From Octopus vulgaris (taxonomy: Eukaryota), in the NCBI GenBank assembly GCA_951406725.2, contig OX597835.1:2356001-2420000 (forward strand): a stretch of DNA of 64,000 nt. Direction: 5' to 3'. The position numbers and the translations under genes were made by a program. The number at the start of each line of letters is the position of its first letter. Position 1 is the stretch's first letter. A model generated the notes under the pieces. It saw only the letters and a program-made list of their open reading frames with translations. It did not search any database and was not told the DNA's origin. Shown one piece after another: positions 25,186 to 37,793 of this stretch.

Positions 25186-25319
25186 CAGTCGGAAGCATTT
25201 CGGTTCTGGGAATGCAAGACTCCAGTCAAGACTTTCGGGGACACCAAAAGCTTCCAGAGGTTCTTGTAGATGTTGTTCTCTTTAAATCCGCTCATGCTAT
25301 TATTATCTTGCTGATCCAT
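25186..25319 (-). CDS. WDR11: WDR11 exon 1 (MDQQ...SPKVLTGVLHSQNRNASDW)
   Basis: ATG at 25319; donor TG|GTGGGT, phase 2; resembles VSARTLTGALNAHNKAAVDW. The second Met (MSGF) could be the true start. Confidence 0.88.
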
Positions 25320-25369
25320 AATCCGTGTTCACTCTTAAGCCAAGTCGACTGCTACATGTAGGAGGAATG

Positions 25370-25716
25370 TCGTCGACGCGGCGGCCACCACCATCTCACA
25401 ACAGAAACCAAATTCTGTTCCTCACCAGAAACCTAACAACAATTACACAGACATCTTCCACAGAGACCAGTCCAAAGCATTAAAATAGTCCTCAAAGGCA
25501 GTGGAACATTACTTGTATGCAGTCCTGGGTTGTTGAAATGAATTGATGGCCGAATCAGATGAAAATGACGATTTTTTTTCAGAGTCGACTTCGACGAAGA
25601 AAATTTGGGAAATGAGGAAAAAAGACAACAAAATTCAGTATGACTGATTATTCACAGCCGCTATTTTCGTATAAATAATAATGAACCGACAAAGTCCTAT
25701 AATCTAAAGCTGGAAT

Positions 25717-25806
<90 letters not shown>

Positions 25807-25957
25807 TTTTTATATTTTATATTTTACATTTTTTTAATTAATTTTTTTTTCTATGTATTGGCTTATGATTTTCACTGTTTGATTTGCCTAATAGTGGTTT
25901 TATCTCTAATTTAATATAATATATATATATATATATATGTATAGGTATGTATCTATG

Positions 25958-26018
<61 letters not shown>

Positions 26019-26160
26019 TTCGACCTAATAATTAAAATAATACATGTTTACTACGGACTTCCGGTAACGCATGTGCAATGACCTCGTACACGCTTAGTCC
26101 TGTCCGGAGGGAAGTCTCCCTAACCGGAGTAGAATCTGTGTACATGCGCAAAAGCAACGT
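25370..26160 (-). promoter_or_regulatory. Probable WDR11 promoter and 5'UTR region
   Basis: Locally CpG-rich just upstream of the ATG; YY1-like AAAATAGCGGC (- strand, ~25656-25666); ETS-type ACTTCCGGT (~26058-26066); NRF1-like GCATGTGCA and CATGCGCA. Confidence 0.5.
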
Positions 26161-26214
26161 TTTTTTTCTCCTTTAATTTTTACCTGTCAAACCTTATTTT
26201 GGGTGGGGGACGTG

Positions 26215-26694
26215 GGATCTTTTCGGTTTGACCGGCAGTATTTTAAAATAATTTCTAGGTAACTAAAAAGTTTTAAACTCCGTATACTGGTAGAATGTGT
26301 TTATAAAACATCATTTTCTCTTGGCTTTATTGAGAAAATTCTATAGTTTGTAAGATATTTCGTCTGAAATTTCGAGCATTTCGGCAATTTTAACCAATCG
26401 ATTACCTCCATTTAGGTAAATAACATTCTGTGCATAATGAATATGTCCCTCCTTTAAGAAACAGATTGGGTTTATTTACATTTGTGAAGAAAAAAAGATA
26501 CCCTTCTCCAACCCCTAACCCTAACTCTAAAATAGATTGAAATGCAATAGATCGATACTAGGGCCATAATTATGGGTGACATTTTCATTTGACACCGCTA
26601 GAAAAAAATCCCATTTTCCGTAACGGAGTCGTATGAAATTGTCACCCATAATTATAACCCTAGTATCCATCTATTGCATTTTAATCTATTTTAG
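26215..26694. mobile_element. DNA-transposon-like remnant ending in a ~75-bp inverted repeat
   Basis: Arms 26527-26599 and 26620-26694 (ctaaaatagattgaaatgcaatagat...atctattgcattttaatctattttag). Confidence 0.5.
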
Positions 26695-26949
26695 ATAAGG
26701 CATGTCCCCTGCATATGCAACCCTACAGATTTGGAAAGACACATACAACACTTCCTCCTCCACATGCAATTCTCTGGCTACAACCAGAGGATTAGAATGT
26801 ACAAATGGGGCCATGGCTAAGTACAAGGCCATCATAGAGGGTGATAGAAATGGGATCTGCTTGCTGTATGGGAGTAATTCCTGGAACAGTACAGAAAGGA
26901 CCAGGAAAAAGATCGATGAAGCCAATTCATGGAATGACAAAAACAATTT

Positions 26950-27327
26950 AGGCGCAGGAGTGGCTGTGTGGTAAGTAGCTTGCTTTACGAACCACATGGT
27001 TCTGGGTTCAGTCCCACTGCATGGCACCTTGGGCAAGTGTCTTCTACTATAGCCTTGGGCCGACTAAAGCCTTGTGAGTGGATTTGGTAGACGGAAACTG
27101 AAAGAAGCCTGTCATATACATGTGTGTGTCTGTGTCCCCCCCCCCCAACATCACTTGACAACCGATGCTGGTATGTTTACATCCACGTAACTTAGCAGTT
27201 CGCCAAAAAGAGACCGATAGAATATAGTACTAGGCTTACAAAGAATAAGTCCTGGGGTCGATTTGCTCGACTAAAGGCGGTGCTCCAGCATGGCTGCATT
27301 CAAAAGACTGAAGCAAGTAAAAGAGAG
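26950..27327 (+). mobile_element. tRNA-derived SINE family A (head GGCGCAGGAGTGGCTGTGTGG); other copies ~11418+, 27603-27986-, 28315-28697+, 29976-30400-, 34025-34395+, 38385-38705+, 48068+, 48989-49375-, 50581-50871-, 55122-55520-, 61477-61900+, 62693-63125+
   Basis: A box TGGCTGTGTGG, B box GGTTCAGTCC, internal (AT/GT)n, (GAGTAAAA)n tail; more than 12 mutually similar copies. Confidence 0.92.
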
Positions 27328-29049
27328 TGCCATGTTCGTCGATGCTATCCCTAGCGGCAAACTGGCATACCTTTTTAGAAAAGCATTAGATAAGGTGGAA
27401 CCCACATAAAATCCCTGATCTGTAGAACTTATCACTTCAGTAGGACCCCATGTATGGAGAACAATTATATAGTGTGTAGGATAAACCCACAGGTTAACTG
27501 CAAGGTTAGAAATGCAGTCTATAGCTTATGGTGTACTGAGGGACGGGTACAGAAACAAAACAACTTACATTAGGAAGATGGCACACAGCATCTGGAAATG
27601 AATACTCTTTACTCTTTTACTTGGTTCAGTCATTTGACTGTGGCCATGCTGGAGCACCGCCTTTAGTCGAGCAAATCAACCCCGGGACTTATTCTTTGTA
27701 AGCCCAGTACTTATTCTATTGGTCTCTTTTGCCGAACTGCTAAGTGACGGGGACGTAAACACACCAGCATCGGTTGTCAAGCAATGCTAGGGGGACAAAC
27801 ACAGACACACAAACACACACACATATATACGACAGGCTTCTTTCAGTTTCCGTCTACCAAATCCACTCACAAGGCATTGGTCGGCCCGGGGCTATAGCAG
27901 AAGACACTTGCCCAAGATGCCACTCAGTGGGACTGAACCCAGAACCATGTGGTTGTTTAGCAAGCTACTTGCCACTCCTGCGCCTATGGTGAACATTGGT
28001 GGAAGCTGAGAGGAGAAAAGCTTGTCAGTGCTCTACCAACGTGCTCAAGTACAACATAGAGGTTAAGGTGTATTATCGATGCATAGAACTGACATGGCAC
28101 TTAGACAGATTACAGAGGCCAACACACAGCAATAGACAGACTGAGCCTCAACAGAGAACAGGAATGGAACAATAACCACACAACACAACACGATGACTAA
28201 AGACAGAAAGGAAAAAGAAAAATAGTCACAGCACAAACAGTGTAATACACACACAAGACAAACATGCACATAATTATGATGAATGTAAGAAATAGAGAAA
28301 GTAAAAAAAAGACTAGGAGTGGCTGTGTGGTAAGTAGCTTGCTTATGAACCACATGGTTCCAGGTTCAGTCCCACTGTGTGCCACCATGGGCAAGTGTCT
28401 TCTACTATAGCCTTGGACCTACCAAAGCCCTGAGAGTGAATTTGGTAGACAGAAACTGAAAGAAGCCTGTCGTATATAAATGTGTGTGTGTGTTTGTGTG
28501 TGTCTGTGTTTGTGCCCCCAACATCGCTTGACAACCGGTGCTGGTGTGTTTACGTCCCTGTAACTTAGCGATTCGGCTAAAGAGACACATAGAATAAGTA
28601 CCAGGCTTCCAAAGAATAAGTCCTGGGGTCGATTTGCTCGACTAAAGGCAGTGCTCCAGCATGGCCACAGTCAGATGACTGAAACAAGTAAAAGAGCGTA
28701 TATAAAGGGCACAGATACAACATAATAAGCAAAACCCTATACACACAAACGCAGCAAACTTCACAAACGACTGCAACAATAACAAACACAAAAAGATACA
28801 GCATCAAAAGTACGGGTCAAGAACAGCAACAACAGAAAACATAGTTGGGTGGGTGGGGGGTCAAAGTACCACTGAGAATGACAATGATAACAGTAACAAC
28901 AACATAAAGGACATGGATAGAAAGTGCAGTGGGCAAGCCCATATAAGCACACATGCGAAACACATAGACATGCATACACACAGAGGCACACATACACACA
29001 CACATGCAAGAGCATGTGCAGATAAGGATGCACATCATAGAAGGACTGA

Positions 29050-29900
29050 ATAGACTTTCAGTAGAAATGTGATACAAGGAATGTATTGCAGAGGCAGAGA
29101 GCTTTCCAAAAATTGTTGTTTTAGCACCCAAAAATATTGATATTGATCTCATTAATGAGGAAACCCTAAAACTTTTCAGGGATCGAAAGATTCTCTTTAG
29201 TCATGATCAATGTTCTCATCAAGATGACCCTTCAGAATTCACAAGGGATTACTTAAATATGCTAAATACTTCAGGCTTACTATTACACATATTAAAGACT
29301 AATGCAGTAATCCTTCTCTTACATACAATTGACCAAGCGAATGGCATGTGTAATGGTACATGTTTAGTTATTCCAGACCTTCAAGAAAAAGTCATGAAGG
29401 CCAAAATAACTGAAGGTCCACATCACAGAAAAACGAGTTCTACTATGAGTTACCCTTTCTTCAATACCATTTACAGGAGTTAACCCTTTTGTTACCAACC
29501 CGACTGAAACCGGCTCTAGCTCTTTAGTACAAATGTCTTGTTTTCATAAGTTTTGAATTAAAATCTTCCTCCAAACCTTAGTCACAATTTATGTTCCTAA
29601 CACTTGTTGAATGATAACAAAGTTATTTTATTAAATTCTTTGTTATATCTAAAATTAATTGAAAGAAACACAGAGCATCTCAAAACAAATATGGTAACAA
29701 AAGGGTTAAACAACAGTTGAATCAACAATGACGAGGGCGATTAATAGATAACAAGAACAAACATTTGAAAAAAGCCTATGTTTACATATGAACAAAGATA
29801 TACTGCTTTCTCTAGAGTGTTCATAGGGTTGCCAGGATTGAACACATATACCAAACGACAAACACTCCTCAGAGATAATTTTCTGAAATTGTGTTCTGGA
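29050..29900 (+). mobile_element. Helitron PIF1-like helicase remnant, split by a TTAA MITE
   Basis: VLAPKN.D.D.IN; LN.SGL..H.L; G.CNGT.L.I..L...V..AKI..G; L.KP.F..EQ.Y.AFSRV. Confidence 0.75.
29480..29709. mobile_element. piggyBac-type MITE
   Basis: ttaaccctttt...aaagggttaa; reverse complement of the 15970 family. Confidence 0.85.
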
Positions 29901-30198
29901 TATGTTATATAGTATCTTTAAAGCATTTAGAGAAGGTCATTTGCATGGCTGATATAGTTTTTGTAATATAGAGGACTCTCACTCTTTTACTCTTTTACTT
30001 GTTTCAGTCATTTGACTGCGGCCATGCTGGAGCACCGCCTTTAATCGAGCAACTTCACCCTGAGACTTATTCTTTTGTAAGCCCAGTACTTATTCTATCG
30101 GTCTCTTTTGCCGAACCGCTAAGTAACGGGGACATAAACACACCAGCATCAGTTTGTCAAGCAATGCTAGGGGGACAAACACAGACACACAAACACAC

Positions 30199-30253
<55 letters not shown>

Positions 30254-31111
30254 TACGACGGGTTTCTTTCAGTTTCCGTCTACCAAATCCACTCACAAGG
30301 CATTGGTCGGCCCAAGGCTATAGTATAAGACACTTGCCCAAGGTGCCACGCAGTGGGACTGAACCCGGAACCATGTGGTTGGTAAACAAGCTACTTACCA
30401 CATTTGTAAAAAAATTATTTTTTCGCTCAGAGTCAAAAATGTAATAAAAAATCCTCCTTGTGCCCACCACCCACAATTGTTTAAATGAACCGTTGTTGTT
30501 GTTGTTGTTCCAGAAGCAGATTAAATAACAACATATGACAACCTTGTATTTATTTGAATTTGATTTAATGTTGTTGATTCTGTCCAGGTCAACCCGGGCC
30601 CAGCAGATTTACAATCAATGCTGTCCCAGCTGTTACTATTATCGTTATTTTCATTGTCGTTGTTTCCATGCTGGCTTTTTCCATGGGTTTACATCTGATG
30701 ACACTGTCATGTCTGGCTGTGTATCCTCTTTTTCTTAAGCCATAGTCTATCTAGGAGTGCATTACTGAATGTATAAAACAGCAGGAGTTTAAGATGACCT
30801 TATTCTTTTTATAAAATCTCCATCAAATTTGAAGAATAAATTTCAGGCATTGAAACAAAACCTGAAATTGAATGGCCTTAAGGTAAACTTAGCCAAGACT
30901 GAAGTTGTGCTAAATAGGAAAAGAATACATGACCATCACCGTCTGGGAAATAATCATGTTCCAAATACAAAAAAGATATGAACAGGAATCCATTGAAGGG
31001 TACGCAGAAGACAGGAGGAATATTGGGACCCCGGGAAGACTAACAAGGGCCAGTGGCCTTCATATAAAATTGATGCTCAGGAACATTAAGCAGAAAGAAT
31101 ATCCAGGAAAT

Positions 31112-31445
31112 ACGGTGCGGGGTGGGGGGTTTACCCAAAAGTAACCTCAAATGTTCCCTGTTGGACAAGCCTGTTGTACTTCACGCTTCCATTGCTAGAA
31201 GCCAGTTGATGTAACCCTCAGGCATCAGCCTGCCAACTGGCATTGCTGGGTACAGTTGTACTGGCATATGGTGCATCTTTGTTTTGCAGTACTTCTCCCC
31301 CTGTTCGTTGATTTTTGAAATGGCTGAAGTAAAGGAACAGTGTGCTTCCGTGAAATTCTATTTTCTGCCAGGGAAAATGGTGGCCAAAACAGTTACCATT
31401 GCCTCAAACAGCTTACAGGGATGCTGCCATGAGCAAAACACAAGA
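31112..31445 (+). mobile_element. Mariner 5' fragment
   Basis: MAEVKEQCASVKFYFL.GK...TV...TAY.DAAMSKTQ, the helix-turn-helix N-terminus, with a frameshift. Confidence 0.65.
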
Positions 31446-32854
31446 AACTGTACAAGAACAGACATTTTCTCATATAAATGTATGTACATACACACACACA
31501 CACACACACACACGAACGCACACACACACACAATGTAAAACTTATGATGTTGTGATTTGAGGGAATTTGGATGCTATTTCAAACAGATTGAAGGATTGCA
31601 AAGATGTTCTCATTTACTTGTATTCATCAGAAAGTTTCTATTTGTCTATTTTAACAACTGTACATTCTTGTAAGTAATTCCCTCAATAGGCTTTGGTAAA
31701 TGTGTTGAGTTCTGTTTTGCTGAGGAGGTTCGATTACACTGAAACATCCCCAGAGTTTTCTCCCCTATTTTTCATACACTATAAGTGGCAACAAACCACT
31801 TTATCATGTTGCTACTGTATGAGTCTCTCCGAGAGATTTAGAAATGCAATATTTCTAAATTAAAATATTTAGTTAATGGCAAATATTTGTTTTTTTTTCT
31901 TTTACCGCTAAATTTTCCCATTTTCTAATATTTTTTTGGCCAAGATCGCCGCTTTCTGTTACTAAAGGTAAAGCTTTAGGTTCCTAAGAAAAGTTCGTTC
32001 CCAATGGATATTATTAAAATAAATATCAGTATTGTCTAATGCTTGGTTTAAAAGTTTAAGGTGGTCGACAGTAATTCCTTGTATAGCACGCATTATGTCA
32101 TAGTTACATAGACATCGTTTCTTTTAGAGACATTTCGTTAGCATAATCTTTCGGTCTGACTCCCTCTGTATTCTGTCAAATATACTCATACGATTTGTTT
32201 AGCGTAATATATGATGTATTCTAAAAAAAAAAAAATCAATTATGATTTTAGAGGAGTCGTCCAATTTCTGGCTGACAATATTTAATAAAATTCGCTGCAA
32301 GAAAACAGACACCTAATCCTGTCCTAACCCTTCTTCCTTTGTGAATACAAGTTTCAGAGGATAATATATTATTAAAACGGTTTAAAACTGACTTTAATAC
32401 ATTCGTACGAACATTTACAAGGCTACAAACAATTACGTAGGCAATTGTGCGCTCAGAGAACCTGCAGACCAGATTATATAATGAAAATTCGTTGATTTGT
32501 ATATAGGCCTGTGTGTATATATAACATGAATATACACATAACACATACATACATCTCTGCATGCATGTATGTATGTATACACAGACACATACATGTATAG
32601 TCATACACTTTATAGCGAGAGCGAGCGAGAGAGAGATTAATAAGTGCTCTATATATGTGTGTTTAAAAAAGCTGAAAAAATTTCCATTTGGAGAAAATTG
32701 AATTTGCACAGAGACATCTGTATAATTTTTTTTTTTTTTTTCAGTTTCATTAAAGAAAGTTATTTATAATATCTTTAATTTTCTATTAAAAAAATCATTA
32801 TTGATATTGTTTCCTGTGTCAATATAGAGACAACTGAAATAATGTATGAAGTTT

Positions 32855-32951
32855 ATTGAACGGAAAGAAGCGAAGCTGGCAGAGCAGCATCGGCGGAAGC
32901 CTGTTCGGGTCGAGTGCCACGGCGGCAACACTTCTTCGCCTCGTCTCCTTC
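32855..32951 (+). promoter_or_regulatory. Probable PLPP4/5 promoter and non-coding first exon
   Basis: CpG-rich patch with CGGAA ETS cores in AT-rich DNA, ending at the strong donor C|GTAAGT (32952). Confidence 0.5.
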
Positions 32952-33184
32952 GTAAGTATTAAATTCACACATAAAAAGCATCACGATTGTGTTTATCAAC
33001 CAATTAACTGTTAATTTATATTAATTAGATTCTTCCGTGGGAGTCAGTGCTTTACTAATTTATAAATATAAAAGAAAAAAACCCAAAAAACATCTCCGCC
33101 GTCGCTCGATGAAATCTCATTCAAATCCTTAATCCTAATGGGAGATATATTAATTAATCTAATTAATGTGGTCGTAACGAGAGA

Positions 33185-33241
<57 letters not shown>

Positions 33242-33818
33242 CGAAAGATTGCCATATATATATATATATATACGCATACACACACAAACATACACGAGGT
33301 GGTCATGATTGGACTGTCCTAGTTGGCCTACTGGTTTCGTATTGACACCCTTTTTTCAGATCGATTGTCGAGACAGCAAACATTTCTGCCGTCAGCCGTC
33401 TGTAAATAGATCGAAGACATACCTACCTACCTACATATATAAACAAAGCGAAGAGGGTTTTTTTTTTCTTTCTTCCTTTCAGTATTTGCCAAAATCATTC
33501 TCCTTAGACACAAAAAAAGAATTTCAAGGAATTAGATATCGATGACTAAAAAAAAGTGTGTAGTTTTATGTGGTGATTTGATTTGCTTGAAATAGCAGCC
33601 AGATTTGTCGCAAGCCACACAGACTGACGTCTCGGGAAAAATGGGTGGAGACATTGGTGAATGTTGTCCTTTGTAGACTTAGCCTGAAGGAAAGAGAAAA
33701 TCATAGAATGGACATCGGCTGGAACCACCTTGCCGTTAATAACGTCTTCAATTGTGTATTAATTACTTCTACAACACCACTATCGTCTGCTATATATATA
33801 TATATATACACACAACTG

Positions 33819-33868
<50 letters not shown>

Positions 33869-34401
33869 ATCATCATCGTTTAACGTCCGTTCTCCATGCT
33901 AGCATGGGTTGGACGGTTCGACCGGGGATCTGGGAAGCCAGAAGGCTGCACCAGGCTCCAGTCTTATATATTATACACACACACAACAGTATGTATATTA
34001 TATATATATATATATATGTGTGTATGTGTGTGGTAAGTAGCTTGCCACATGGTTCCGGGTTCAATCCCACTGCGTGGCACCTTGGGTAAGTGTCTTCTAC
34101 TATAGCCTCAGGCCGACCAAAGCGTTGTGAGTGGATTTGGTAGACGTCCTATATATGTGTGTATATATATATATATATGTATGTATGTGCGTGTGTATAT
34201 GTTTGTGTGTCTGTGTTTGTGCTCCCCCCCCCAACATCTGGTGTGTTTACGTCCCCGTAACTTAGCAGTTCGGCAAAAGAGACCGATAGAATAAGTACTA
34301 GACTTACAAAGAATAAGGCCTGGGGTCGATTTGCTCGACTAAAGGCAGTGCTCCAGCATGGCCACAGTCAAATGACTGAAACAAGTAAAAGAGTAATACA
34401 A

Positions 34402-34438
<37 letters not shown>

Positions 34439-35855
34439 AATGTGTCTATATATGTATATCATCATCGTTGTCGTTTAACGTCCGCTTTCCATGCTGGCAT
34501 GGGTTGGACGGATTGACTGAAAACTGGTAAACCTGGAGGCTGCACCAGGCTCCCGTCTGATTTGGCAAGGTTTCTACACCTAGATGCCCTTCCTAACGCC
34601 AACCACTCTGAGAGTGTAATGGGTGCTTTTATGTGCCACTGGTATGGGAGCCAGTCAGGCTGCACTGGCATCGGTTATGCTCGAATGGTGCATTTTACGT
34701 GCCACTGGCACAGGTGCCAGCCAGGCAGCAGTGGCATCGATGGGGCTTTTTAAATGCCTGCCAGGTGGCACTGTCATCGGCTATGATTTCATTCAGTTCA
34801 GCAGGTCTTCACAGCATATTGTCCAACAATTTTTTTAAATGGACACTGGCATTGGCCACAATTATGATCTCGCCTTGCCGGGTCTTCTCAAGCATGGCAA
34901 ATATCTCCAAAGGTCTTGGTCGTGTGTCATTGCCTCTGTAAAGCCCAACCTTTGAAGGTCGTGCTTCACCACCACATCCCATGTCTTCCACAGGTTCCTC
35001 TATTGTTAGGGTGTGACACATCTTCACACACTGTCCTCATCCATATGCATCACATGACCATACCAGCACTGTTGTCTCTGCACACCACATCTGATGCTTC
35101 TTATGTTCAACTTTCATCTACTAACATTACACATCCAGCAGATCATGCTAGCTTCATTTCTTTCAAGACTACACGTCCTCAGCAGTCACAACCCATGTTT
35201 CACTGCCGTGTAGCATGGCTGTTTGCCTCCCCCCACCGACTTTGTTTCCTCATACCCTCCAGAAAAATGGATATTTTTAATAAAATTTCCTACAAATACC
35301 CTTCAGATGGTGTAGATTCCAATTATATCAGAATTTGTTGTGAAAAAATTTTTCCATGGGTGGGGGAGAGGAGTTTTGGAAAATTCACGCGAGTTGGCTT
35401 TGTTTCCTCATGACTTTGAGAAAAATGGGGTTTTTAGATGAAATTTTCTACAGATCTCTTTCAGAATGTATAGATTGTAATTATATTGGAATTAAAAAGA
35501 GAAAAAAAAACAAAAGAAAACTGGTGGGCTCACATACTTGTGATGTGTCAACACATCACATATATGATAGAAGAAATTTCGAAAAAGCTTGTGTGTGTCA
35601 GTCTGCATGTGTGCATGCTCACTATTTTTGCTTTTCATATCTAATTCCGATATAACAGTACAAGAAAGACTGCACTTGATGTTAATATTACCATCATCAA
35701 TTTTTCAGGAAAACTACTCATGCATTGTCTTCTCCTTTTCTTTCTTCTTTTTCCGGTATGCTGAGCATTTCACATCCAGGTCTCCTTTGAGGTAAGTTGG
35801 TTATGCCTTTATTTTTACTACTGTTGTTTATAACAGGTGCCGTCTGAAAGATACC

Positions 35856-36083
35856 TATTTCTTTACTACCCACAAGGGGCTAAACACAGAGAGGACAAAC
35901 AAGGACAGACAAACGGATTAAGTCGATTATATCGACCCCAGTGCGTAACTGGTACTTATTTAATCGACTCCGAAAGGATGAAAGGCAAAGTCGACCTTGG
36001 CGGAATTTGAACTCAGAACGTAACGGCAGACGAAATACCGCTGAGCATTTCGCCCAACGTGCTAACGTTTCTGCCAGTTCGCT
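35856..36083 (-). mobile_element. SINE family C (head GAGCTGGCAGAAACGTTAGC) with 14-bp TSD; other copies 36273-36504+, 38090-38318+, 23875-24048-, 24280-24455- and older ones
   Basis: TSD gtctgaaagatacc at 35842-35855 and 36084-36097; B box GAGTTCAAATTCC. Confidence 0.9.
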
Positions 36084-37028
36084 GTCTGAAAGATACCGAA
36101 CAACATTTTCTTGGCTGCCTGCTGCACTGATCTCAAGCCTCTGTCTACTTCATCTCTTTTTTGGTAGAACCTTTTGATATCACTGTTTTTGTGGGAATTT
36201 CCACTTGATGTCGGGATCATGCAGATTTTAATGTCTATGGAGTGGATTTCCTCTACAGACTAGTCAAGTATAAGGTGTCGAGCTGGCAGAAACATTAGCA
36301 CGCCAGGCGAAATGCTTAGCGGTATTTCGTCTGTCTTTACGTTCTGAGTTCAAATTCCGCCGAGGTTGACTTTGCCTTTCATCCTTTCGGGGTCGATAAA
36401 TTAAGTACCACTTACACACTGGGGTCGATGTAATCGACTTAATCCCTTTATCTGTCATTGTTTGTCCCCTCTGTGTTAAACCCCTTGTGGGCAATAAAGA
36501 AATAAGACCAGTCAAGTATCCCAAACGTTGGTACCAACTCTGGTACTGCAAATGCAAAAACTGTTGCCCCTACTGTCATACTGTACACATGTGCATTTGT
36601 GTTTGTACCCCACTGCTTGACAACTGGTGTTTGTTTGTTTACATCCCAGTAACTTAGGCTTTTGACAAAAGCAGCTACTAGAACAAGCACCAGACTTCAA
36701 AAATATGTATAGGAGCGATTTGCTCCACAAAACCATTCAAGTCTGTACCCCAGAATGGTTATAATCTGATAACCGAAACAAGTAAAGACTAAAAGATGAA
36801 AAATAATGAAACAACATTATCAAAATCCATGGAATGATGGAAATGATAACTTGCATTCCTGTTCTTAATTACATTCCAGCTGATTTGAACATGAATATGC
36901 TTATCTCTGTTGTGTTTTGTCAAAAGAAAATAGTTCCTCCTTTATGACAAATATGTGTTCACAACATACTCAGTTCATGAGCACAAGGGATTCTGGGACA
37001 CCCACTGTTTTGACATTGTTGTCTCATT

Positions 37029-37330
37029 GTTTGTTCCTTCTCGAGCCATGCCTGGCTCATAAGGGCTGGTTTCCTGGTTTCCTTGGCGTATAGGTTCCCT
37101 ACCTGGATGGGACGCCGGTCCGGCGCAGGTGAGCTGCAAGATGCAGGAGGAAAGAGTGAGAGAAAGTTGTGGCGAAAGAGTCAGCAGAAGCTCGCCATCA
37201 CCTTCTGCCGGAGCCGCATGGAACTTTGGTATTTCGCTCATAAACACACACATCATGCGGTCTGAGATTCGAACCCACGACCCCTCGACCGCGAGTCCGC
37301 TACTCTAACCACTGGGCCATATGCCTGCAC
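37029..37330 (-). mobile_element. tRNA-derived SINE family E, full length with 12-bp TSD
   Basis: TSD tgttgtctcatt at 37017-37028 and 37331-37342; A/B boxes TGGCCCAGTGG and GGTTCGAATC. Confidence 0.88.
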
Positions 37331-37728
37331 TGTTGTCTCATTAGCCAGAAGCATCCCCAGACCAATGATACTCTTGTTTAAACTTCAGTGAACAGTCTGG
37401 TTGTTGATCTGTGCCAATATTTGCCCCAACTGATAATAAATCCTCATCATGCATGATGGACAGTGTTCTATGTGCCTCTGTTTCAAGTTCACATCACAGA
37501 GGATTGAACCCTTCTCCATAAATCCATCATTCTGAAATTCTAGTAACATAGTGGGATTTCTTTAACAGTCCAATTCCTTCCTCTACCAACAATCACCAGA
37601 AGCCAATAATAATTATCTTAAAGCTTGAGTGTTTAAACAGCTTCTACTGTTTCATGTATGAATATGATTTTCAATTTGTTTTTATAAGGTATACTGAATG
37701 AATTTCTTTCAAGCAGAGCACAGAAACC

Positions 37729-37793
37729 ATGAAGATTTTGGAGAGCTTTGGCGCAGAAGTACTTTTCCGGATTCTTTTCTTCCTATTGTATTT
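37729..37793 (+). CDS. PLPP5: PLPP4/5 coding exon 1 (MKILESFGAEVLFRILFFLLYL)
   Basis: ACCATGA start; TT|GTAAGT donor, phase 2; upstream acceptor tttataag| at 37688; resembles EIGVR.LLF.VF. Confidence 0.85.

Larger units (their letters stand above)
5193..25319 (-). other. WDR11: WDR11 gene span, coding exons 1-17 (2265 nt, 755 codons); 3' part lies beyond the left edge of the window
   Basis: 17 GT-AG exons join in phase with no stop codon. The translation is colinear with WDR11 as recalled (DWGWQG, VLEKHK, KW.R.NYHH, HPPY..VLWNA.TG, YPRE.LILDL, CLHENG.IT.RVRR, LKF.LTGLLSG, KP.ELWD, EH.VFTD). Confidence 0.95.

Noticed and set aside
26510-26530. Telomere-like TAACCC repeats
   Set aside because: Only 2-3 imperfect units inside a transposon-like remnant.
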